Shown here: in pieces, positions 1 through 10,135 of the stretch
How the letters are laid out: each line of letters begins with the position of its first letter
Numbering within the stretch: the stretch's first letter is position 1
Assembly (NCBI GenBank): GCA_964016885.1
Contig: OZ024757.1
Location: 42,966,001-43,030,000 of the forward strand
DNA from: Eledone cirrhosa
Lineage: Eukaryota
DNA: 64,000 nt
Direction: 5' to 3'
Program-made: the position numbers and the translations under genes
Notes under the pieces: generated by a model
Seen by the model: only the letters and a program-made list of their open reading frames with translations
Told to the model about the DNA's origin: nothing
The model's database searches: none

Positions 1-2
1 AG

Positions 3-14
3 TGCGCATGCGCC
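3..14. promoter_or_regulatory. NRF1-type motif TGCGCATGCGCC (first example; present in most monomers)
   Basis: 11/12 match to the NRF1 consensus YGCGCAYGCGCR, including the full palindromic core GCGCATGCGC. There is no functional evidence of binding. Confidence 0.45.
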
Positions 15-3000
15 AGAGCCGCCGAACCGTAGTGCGCATGCGCCAAGGCCGCCGGACCGTAGTGCGCATGGGCCAAAGCCGCCCGACCGTACTGCGCATG
101 CGCTAAGTCCGTAGTACCGTACTGCGCATGCTACAAGGCCGCAGTACCGTACTGCGCATGCGACAAGGCCGCAGTACCGTAGTGCGCATGCGCCAAGGCC
201 ACCGGACCGTAGTGCGCATGAGCCAAGGCCGCCGGACCGTACTGCGCATGCGCCAAGCCCGCCGGACCGTAGTGCGCATGCGCCAGAGCCGCCGAACCGT
301 GTTGCACATGCGCCAAGCCCGCCGGACCGTAGTGCGCATGCGCCAAGGCCGCCGGACCATACACCGCATGCGCCAAGGCCGCCGGACCATACTCCGCATG
401 CGCCAAGGCCGCCGGACCGTTGTGCGCATGCGCCAAGGCCGCCTGACGACTGCGCATGCGTCAAGGTCGCAATACCGAACTGCGCATGCGCTAAGGCCGG
501 CGGACCGTAGTGCGCATTCGCCAAGGCCGCCGGACCGTAGTGCGCATTCGCCAAGGCCGCCGGACCGTAGTGCGCATGCGCCAAGGCCGCCGGACCGTAG
601 TGCGCATGCGCCAAGGCCGCCTAACTGTACTGCGCATGCGTCAAGGTCGCAGTACCGAACTGCGCATGCGCTAAGGCCGCCGGACCGTACTGCGCATGCG
701 CCAAGGCCGCCGGACCGTAGTGCGCATGCGCCAAAGCCGCCGAACCGTAGTGCGCATGCGCCAAGGTCGCCGGACCTGACTGCGCATGCGCCGCGGCCGC
801 CGGACCGTACTGCGCATGCCCCAAGGCCGTCTGGTTGTACTGCGCATGCCCCAAGGCTGCCTGGTTGTACTGCTAATGCCCCAAGGCCGCCCGACCGTAG
901 TGCGCATGCGACAAGGCCGCCTGACCGTAGTGCGCATGCGCCAAGGCCGCCGGACCGTAGTGCGCATGCGTCAAGGTCGCAGTACCGAACTGCGCATGCG
1001 CTAAGGCCGCCGGACCGAACTGCGTATGGGCTAAGGCCGCCGGACCGTACTGCGCATGCGCCAAAGCCGCCGGACCGTAGTGCGCATGCGTCAAGGTCGC
1101 AGTACCGAACTGCGCATGCGCTAAGGCCGCCGGACCGTACTGCGCATGCGCCAAGGCCGCCGGACCGTACTGCGCATACCCCAAGGCCGCCTGGTTGTAC
1201 TGCGCATGCCCCAAGGCCGCCCGACCGTAGTGCGCATGCGCCAAAGCCGCCGAACCGTAGTGCGCATGCGCCAAGGCCGCCTAACTGTACTGCGCATGCG
1301 TCAAGGTCGCAGTACCGAACTGCGCATGCGCCAAGGCCGCCGGACCGTACTGCGAATGCGCCAAGGCCGCCGGACCGTAGTGCGCATGCGCCAAAGCCGC
1401 CGAACCGTAGTGCGCATGCGCCAAGGCCGCCGGACCATACTGCGCACGCATGCGCCGCGGCCGCAGGACCGTAGTGCGCATGCGCCAAGGCCGCCTGGTT
1501 GTACTGCGCATGCGCCAAGGCCGCCGGACCGTAGTGCGCATGCGCCAAGGCCGCCTGACTGTACTGCGCATGCGTCAAGGCCGCAGTACCGAACTGCGTA
1601 TGGGCTAAGGCCGCCGGACCGTACTGCGCATGCGCCAAGGCCGCCGGACCGTAGTGCGCATGCGCCAAGGCCGCCGGACCATACTGCGCATGCGCCAAGG
1701 CCGCCGGACCGTAGTGCGCATGCGCCAAGGCCGCCTAACTGTACTGCGCATGCGTCAAGGTCGCAGTACCGTACTGCGCATGCGCCAAGGCCGCCGAACC
1801 GTACTGCGCATGCGCCAAGGCCGCCGAACCGTACTGCGCATGCGCCAAGGCCGCCGAACCGTACTGCGCATGCGCCAAAGCCGCCGAACCGTAGTGCGCA
1901 TGCGCCAAAGCCGCTGGACCGTAGTGCGCATGCGCCAAGGCCACTGGACCGTACTGCGCATGTACCAAGGCCGCCGTCGTAGTGCGCATGCGCCAAGGCC
2001 GCCGGAACTTTGTGCGCATGCGCCAAGGCCGCCGGACCGTAGTGCGCATGCGCCAAGGCCGCCGGACCATAGTGCGCATGCGCCAAGGCCGCCGGAGCAT
2101 ACTGCGCATGCGCCAAGGCCACCGGACCGTAGTGCGCATGAGCCAAGGCCGCCGGACCGTAGTGCGCATGCGCCAAGGCCACCGGACCGTAGTGCGCATG
2201 AGCCAAGGCCGCCGGACCGTAGTGCGCATGCGCCAGAGCCGCCGAACCGTGGTGCACATGCGCCAAGCCCGTCGGACCGTAGTGCGCATGCGCCAAGCCC
2301 GCCGGACCGTAGTGCGCATGCGCCAAGGCCGCCTGACTGTACTGCGCATGCGTCAAGGTCCCAGTACCGAACTGCGCATGCGCTAAGGCCACCGGACCGT
2401 ACTGCGCATGCGCCAAGGCCGCCGGACCGTTGTGCGCATGCGCCAGAGCCGCCGAACCGTGGTGTGCATGCGCCAAGGCCGCCGGACCATACTGCGCATG
2501 CGCCAAAGCCGCCTGACTGTACTGCGCATGCGCCAAGGCCGCCTGACTGTACTGCGCATGCGACAAGGCCGCCGGACCGTAGTGCGCATGCGCCCAAGCC
2601 GCCGGACCATACTGCGCATGCGCCAAGGCCGCCGGACCGTAGTGCGCATGCGTCAAGGCCGCAGTACCGAACTGCGCATGCGCTAAGGCCGCAGTACCGA
2701 ACTGCGCATGCGCCAAGGCCGCCGGACCGTACTGCGCATGCGCCAAGGACGCCGGACCGTAGTGCGCATGCGCCAAAGACGCCGGACCGTAGTGCGCATG
2801 CGCCAAAGACGCCGAACAGTCGTGCCCATGCGCCAAGACCGCCGGACCGTACTGCGCATGCGCCAAGGCCGCTGAACCGTACTGCGCATGCCCCAAAGCC
2901 GCCGACCCGTAGTGCGCATGCACCAAGGCCACCGGACCGTACTGCGCATGCTCTAAGACCGTCGGACCGTAGTGCGCATGCCCCAAGGCCGTCGGACCGT

Positions 3001-4305
3001 AGTGCGCATGCGCCAAGGCCGCCAGACCGTAGTGCGCATACGCCAAGGCCGCCGAACCGTACTGCGCATGCGCCAAGGCCGCCGAACCGTACTGCGCATG
3101 CGCCAAGGCCGCCGAACCGTACTGCGCATGCGCCAAGGCCGCCGAACCGTACTGCGCATGCGCCAAGGCCGCCGAACCGTACTGCGCATGCGCCAAGGCC
3201 GCCGAACCGTACTGCGCATGCGCCAAGGCCACTGGACCGTACTGCGCATGTACCAAGGCCGCCGTCGTAGTGCGCATGCGCCAATGCCGCCGGACCTTTG
3301 TGCGCATGCGGTACGGTGGCCTTGGCGCATGCGCACTAAGGTCTAACGGCATTGGCGCATGCGCACTACGGTTCGGCGGCTTTGACGCACACGGACTACG
3401 TTCCGTCAGATTTGGCGCACGCACACTACGGTCCGGCGGTCTTGGCGCATGCGCACTACGGTCCGGCGACCATGCCGCATGCGCACTACGTTCCGGTGGC
3501 CTTGGCACATGCGCAGTACGGTCCGGCGGCTTTTGCGCATGCGCACTACGGTCTGGCAGCCTTGGCGCATGCGCACTACGGTCCAGCGGCCTTGGCGCAT
3601 GCGCACTACGTTCCGGTGGCCTTGGCGCATGCGCAGTACGGTCCAGTGGCCTTGGCGCATGCGTAGTAAGGTCCGGCGCCCTTAGCGCATGCGCAGTACG
3701 GTCCGGCAGCCTTGGCGCATGCGCACTAAGGGCCAGCGGTCTTTGCGCATGCGCACAACGGTCCGGTGGCCTTGGCGCATGCGCACTACGGTCCGGTGGC
3801 CTTGGCGCATGCGCACTACGGTCCGGCGGCCTTGGCGCATGCGCACTAAGGTCCGGCGGCTTTGGTGCATGCGCACTACGGTCTGGCATCATTGGCGCAT
3901 GCGCACTACGGTCCGGCGGCCTTGGCGCATGCGCAGTACGGCTGGCAACCTTGGCGTATGCGCACTACGGTCTGTCGGCCTTGGCGCATGCGCACTACTG
4001 TCCGGCGGCCTTGGCGTATGCGCAGTACGGTCCAGCGGCCTTGGCGCATGCGCAGTACGGTCCAGCGGCCTTGGCGCATGCGCACTACGGTTCGGCGGCC
4101 TTGGCGCATGCGCACTACGGTTCGGCGGCCTTGGCGCATGCGTACAACGGTCCGGCGGCCTTGGCGCATGCGCACTACGGTCTGGCAGCATTGGCGCAGG
4201 CGCACTAAGGTCCGGCGGCCTTGGCGCATGCGCACTACGGTCCGACGTCCTTGGCGCATGCGCACTACGGTCCGACGTCCTTGGCGCATGTGCAGTACGG
4301 TCCGG

Positions 4306-4904
4306 ATGACTTTTTGGCCATTTTAAGCCTTTATGTTGCCATATTTAGCCATTTTTGAGTCATTTTAGTAATTTATGATGCAGTTTTTACCATTTTAGAG
4401 CCATTTATAGTCATTTTAGACGTTTCAGTCGTGTTAGAGTCATTCTAGTCAATTATGATACGGTTTTAGCATTTTAGTCGTTGATGATGACGTTTTAGTC
4501 ATTTATGATGCAGTTTCAGCCATTCTGTTGTAATATGGCAACATAAATGATTAAATGGCCCTAAAATGGCTAAAACAGCATCATATTTGACAAAAATGAC
4601 TCGTAAATGAGTAAAACGGTATCGTAAATGACTAAAATAACTCTAGAAAGGCTACTACAGCATCATAAATGATTAAAATGACTCTAAAACGACTAAAACG
4701 TCTATGACAAAAATGGCTTTAATATAGCTTAAACTGCATCTTAAATGACTAAAACTACTAAAATGACTCCGAAATGGCTAAAAAAAAACATCATAAATGG
4801 CTAAAATGACACTAAAGTGGCTAAAACGGACTGTTAAATTGCTAAATTGTCTCTAAAATGGCTAAAACGTCTTCATAAATAAATAAAATGGCTAAAACGT
4901 GGGT
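4306..4904. repeat. Long AT-rich spacer, type A (inverted 41-bp minisatellite: T-rich half then A-rich half)
   Basis: GTCATTTTAG/GCCATTTTAG motifs run to ~4531, then CTAAAATGAC/CTAAAATGGC motifs follow. Contains the poly-A segment CTAAAAAAAAACATCATAAATGG. Confidence 0.95.
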
Positions 4905-7900
4905 GCCGGACCGTAGTGCGCATGCGCCAAGGCCGCCGGACCGTAATGCGCATGCGCCAAGGCCGCCGGACCGTAGTGCGCATGCGCCAAGACCGACTGA
5001 CTGTACTGCGCATGTGTCATCGTCGCAGTACCGCACTGCGCATGCGGTAAGGCCGCCGGACCGTACTGCGCATGCGCCAAGGCCGCCGGACCGTAGTGCG
5101 CAGGCGCCAAGGCCGCCGGACCGTAGTGCGCATGCACCAAGGCCGCCTGAGTGTACTGCGCATGCATCAAGGTCCCAGTACCGTACTGCGCATGCGCAAA
5201 GGCCGCCGGACAGTAGTGCGCATGCACCAGAGCCGCCGAACCGTAGTGCGCATGCGCCAAGGCCGTCGGACCGTAGTGCGCATGGGCCAAAGCCGCCCGA
5301 CCGTACTGCGCATGCGCTAAGTCCGTAGTACCGTACTGCGCATGCTACAAGGCCGCAGTACCGTACTGCGCATGCGACAAGGCCGCAGTACCGTAGTGCG
5401 CATGCGCCAAGGCCACCGGACCGTAGTGCGCATGAGCCAAGGCCGCCGGACCGTACTGCGCATGCGCCAAGCCCGCCGGACCGTAGTGCGCATGCGCCAA
5501 GGCCGCCTGACTGTACTGCGCATGCGCCAAGGCCGCCTGACTGTACTGCGCATGCGTCAAGGTCCCAGTACCGAACTGCGCATGCGCTAAGGCCACCGGA
5601 CCGTACTGCGCATGCGCCAAGGCCGCCGGACCGTAGTGCGCATGCGCCAGAGCCGCCGAACCCTGGTGTGCATGCGCCAAGGCCGCCGGACCATACTGCA
5701 CATGCGCCAAAGCCACCTGACTGTACTGCGCATGTGCCAAGGCCGCCTGACTGTACTGCGCATGCGACAAGGCCGCCAGACCGTAGTGCGCATGCGCCAA
5801 GGCCACCTAACTGTACTGCGCATGCGTCAAGGTCGCAGTACCGAACTGCGCATGCGCCAAGGCCGCCGGACCGTACTGCGCATGCGCCAAGGCCGCCGGA
5901 CCGTAGTGCGCATGCGCCAAAGCCGCCGAACCGTAGTGCGCATGCGCCAAGGCCGCCGGACCATACTGCGCACGCATGCGCGCGGCCGCAGGACCGTAGT
6001 GCGCATGCGCCAAGGCCGCCTGGTTGTACTGCGCATGCGCCAAGGCCGCCGGACCGTAGTGCGCATGCGCCAAGGCCGCCTGACTGTATTGCGCATGCGT
6101 CAAGGCCGCAGTACCGAACTGCGTATGGGCTAAGGCCGCCGGACCGTACTGCGCATGCGCCAAGGCCGCCGGACCGTAGTGCGCATGCGCCAAGGCCGCC
6201 GGACCGTAGTGCGCCTGCGCCAAGGCCGCCTAACTGTACTGCGCATGCGTTAAATCGCAGTACCGAACTGCGCATGCGCTAAGGCCGCCGGACCGTACTG
6301 CGCATGCGCCAAAGCCGCCGGACCGTAGTGCGCATGCGCCAAGTCCGCCTGGTTGTACTGCGCATGCGCCAAGGCCGCCGGACCGTAGTGCGCATGCGCC
6401 AAGGCCGCCTGACTGTACTGCGCATGCGTCAAGGCCGCAGTACCGAACTGCGTATGGGCTAAGGCCGCCGGACCGTACTGCGCATGCGCCAAGGCCGCCG
6501 GACCGTAGTGCGCATGCGCCAAGGCCGCCGGACCATACTGCGCATGCGCCAAGGCCGCCGGACCGTAGTGCGCATGCGCCAAGGCCGCCTAACTGTACTG
6601 CGCATGCGTCAAGGTCGCAGTACCGAACTGCACATGCGCTAAGGCCGCCGGACCGTACTGCGCATGCGCCAAGGCCGCCGTACCGTAGTGCGCATGCGCC
6701 AAAGCCGCCGAACCGTAGTGCGCATGCGCCAAGGCCGCCGGACCAGACTGCGCATGCGCCATGGCCGCCGGACCGTAGTGCGCATGCGCCAAGGCCGCCT
6801 GACCGTAGTGCGCATGCGCCAAGGCCGCCTGACTGTACTGCGCATGCGCCAAGGCCGCCGGACCGTAGTGCGCATGCGCCAAGGCCGCCTGACTGTACTG
6901 CGCATGCGGCAAGACCACAGTACCGAACTGCGCATGCGCTAAGGCCGCCGGACCGTAGTGCGCATGCGCCAAGGCCGCCGGACCGTAGTGTGCATGCGCC
7001 AAGACCGCCTAACTGTACTGCGCATGCGCCAAGGCCACCTAACTGTACTGCGCATGCGTCAAGGTCGCAGTACCGAACTGCGCATGCGCCAAGGCCGCCG
7101 GACCGTACTGCGAATGCGCCAAGGCCGCCGAACCGTAGTGCGCATGCGCCAAGGCCGCCTGACTGTACTGCGCATGCGTCAAGGCCGCAGTACCGAACTG
7201 CGCATGCGCTAAGGCCGCCGGACCGAACTGCGTATGGGCTAAGGCCGCCGGACCGTACTGCGCATGCGCCAAGGCCGCCGGACCGTAGTGCGCATGCGCC
7301 AAAGCCGCCGAACCGTAGTGCGCATGCGCCAAGGCCGCCTAACTGTACTGCGCATGCGTCAAGGTCGCAGTACCGAACTGCGCATGCGCCAAGGCCGCCG
7401 GACCGTACTGCGAATGCGCCAAGGCCGCCGGACCGTAGTGCGCATGCGCCAAAGCCGCCGAACCGTAGTGCGCATGCGCCAAGGCCGCCGGACCATACTG
7501 CGCACGCATGCGCCGCGGCCGCAGGGCCGTAGTGCGCATGCGCCAAGGCCGCCGGACCGTACTGCGCATGCGCCAAGGCCGCCGGACCGTAGTGCGCATG
7601 CGCCAAGGCCGCCGGACCATACTGCGCATGCGCCAAGGCCGCCAGACCGTAGTGCGCATGCGCCAAGGCCGCCTAACTGTACTGCGCATGCGCACTACGG
7701 TCCGGCGGCCTTGGCGCATGCGCTAAGGCCGCCGGACCGTACTGCACATGCGCCAATGCCGCCGGACCGTAGTGCGCATGCGCCAAAGCCGCCGGACCGT
7801 AGTGCGCATGCGCCAAGGCCGCCTGGTTGTACTGCGCATGCGCCAAGGCCGCCGGATCGTAGTGCGCATGCGCCAAGGCCGCCTGACTGCACTGCGCATG

Positions 7901-9556
7901 CGTCAAGGCCGCAGTACCGAACTGCGTATGGGCTAAGGCCGCCGGACCGTACTGCGCATGCGCCAAGGCCGCCGGACCGTAGTGCGCATGCGTCAAGGTC
8001 GCAGTACCGAACTGCGCATGCGCTAAGGCCGCCGGACCGTACTGCGCATGCGCCAAGGCCGCCGGACCGTAGTGCGCATGTGCCAAAGCCGCCGAACCGT
8101 AGTGCGCATGCGCCAAGGCCGCCTAACTGTACTGCGCATGCGTCAAGGTCGCAGTACCGAACTGCGCATGCGCCAAGGCCGCCGGACCGTACTGCGAATG
8201 CGCCAAAGCCGCCGAACCGTAGTGCGCATGCGCCAAGGCCGCCGGACCATACTGCGCACGCATGCCGCGGTCGCAGGACCGTAGTGCGCATGCGCCAAGG
8301 CCGCCTGGTTGTACTGCGCATGCGCCAAGGCCGCCGGACCGTAGTGCGCATGCGCCAAGGCCGCCTGACTGTACTGCGCATGCGTCAAGGCCGCAGTACC
8401 GAACTGCGTATGGGCTAAGGCCGCCGGACCGTACTGCGCATGCGCCAAGGCCGCCGGACCATACTGCGCATGCGCCAAGGCCGCCGGACCGTAGTGCGCA
8501 TGCGCCAAGGCCGCCTAACTGTACTGCGCATGCGTCAAGGTCGCAGTACCGAACTGCGCATGCGCTAAGGCCGCCGGACCGTACTGCGCATGCGCCAAGG
8601 CCGCGGGACCGTAGTGCGCATGCGCCAAAGCCGCCGGACCGTAGTGCGCATGCGCCAAGGCCGCCGGATCGTAGTGCGCATGCGCCAAGGCCGCCTGACT
8701 GTACTGCGCATGCGTCAAGGCCGCAGTACCGAACTGCGTATGGGCTAAGGCCGCCGGACCGTACTGCGCATGCGCCAAGACCGCCGGACCGTAGTGCGCA
8801 TGCGTCAAGGTCGCAGTACCGAACTGCGCTTGCGCTAAGGCCGCCGGACCGTACTGCGCATGCGCCAAGGCCGCCGGACCGTAGTGCTCATGCGCCAAAG
8901 CCGCCGAACCGTAGTGCGCATGCGCCTAGGCCGCCGGACCAGACTGCGCATGCGCCAAGGCCGCCGGACCGTAGTGCGCATGCGCCAAGGCCGCCGGACC
9001 GTAGTGCGCATGCGCCAAGGCCGCCTGACCGTAGTGCGCATGCGTCAAGGCCGCAGTACCGAACTGCGTATGGGCTAAGGCCGCCGGACCGTACTGCGCA
9101 TGCGCCAAGGCCGCCGGACCGTACTGCGCATGCGCCAAGGCCGCCGGACCATACTGCGCATGCGCCAAGGCCGCCGTACAGCGCACTACGGTCTGGCATC
9201 ATTGGCGCATGCGCACTACGGCCCGGCGGCCTTGGCGCATGCGCAGTACGGCCCGGCAACCTTGGCGTATGCGCACTACGGTCTGTCGGCCTTGGCGCAT
9301 GCGCACTACTGTCCGGCGGCCTTGGCGCATGCGCAGTACGGTCCAGCGGCCTTGACGCATGCGCACTACGGTTCGGCGGCCTTGGCGCATGCGTACAACG
9401 GTCCGGCGGCCTTGGCGCATGCGCACTACGGTCTGGCAGCATTGGCGCATGCGCACTACGGTCCGCCGTCCTTGGCGCATGCGCACTACGGTCCGCCGTC
9501 CTTGGCGCATGCGCACTACGGTCCGACGTCCTTGGCGCATGTGCAGTACGGTCCGG

Positions 9557-10135
9557 ATGACTTTTTAGCCATTTTAAGCCTTTATGTTGCCATATTTAGC
9601 CATTTTTGAGTAATTTTAGTAATTTATGATGCAGTTTTTACCATTTTAGAGCCATTTATAGTCATTTTAGACGTTTCAGTCGTGTTAGAGTCATTCTAGT
9701 CAATTATGATACGGTTTTAGCATTTTAGTCGTTGATGATGACGTTTTAGTCATTTATGATGCAGATTCAGCCATTCTGTTGTAATATGGCAACATAAATG
9801 ATTAAATGGCCCTAAAATGGCTTAAACAGCATCATATTTGACAAAAGTGACTCGTAAATGAGTAAAACGGTATCATAAATGACTAAAATAACTCTAGAAA
9901 GGCTACTACAGCATCATAAATGATTAAAATGACTCTAAAACGACTAAAACGTCTAAAATGACAAAACTGGCTTTAATATAGCTTAAACTGCATCTTAAAT
10001 GACTAAAACTACTAAAATGACTCCGAAATGGCTAAAATGACACTAAAGTGGCTAAAACGGACTGTTAAATTGCTAAATTGTCTCTAAAATGGCTAAAACG
10101 TCTTCATAAATAAATAAAATGGCTAAAACGTGGGT
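9557..10135. repeat. Long AT-rich spacer, type B
   Basis: Near-identical to 4306-4904 but lacks the ~22-bp poly-A segment and begins TTTTTAGCC rather than TTTTTGGCC. Confidence 0.95.

Noticed and set aside
1-3310. CRISPR-like pattern of a conserved palindrome plus variable 20 bp
   Set aside because: The intervening 20-mers are point variants of one consensus rather than unique spacers. The repeat is only 10 bp and no cas genes are present.
4306-4904. Telomeric repeat or autonomous transposon ends in the AT spacers
   Set aside because: TTTTAG motifs are interspersed within a 41-bp unit rather than tandem telomere repeats. No TSD, defined terminus or transposase is visible.
4888-5328. ORF MAKTWVPDRS... 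starting at the spacer edge after an AT-rich, promoter-like tract (also 10119, 17151, 22380, 28838)
   Set aside because: The ATG is part of the AAAATGGC minisatellite motif and the rest is satellite translation. The start is lost in the 30357 copy.
7684-7723. Shufflon or recombinase-driven invertible cassette system
   Set aside because: No recombinase is encoded and there are no asymmetric crossover sites. Template switching at palindromes explains the inversion more simply.
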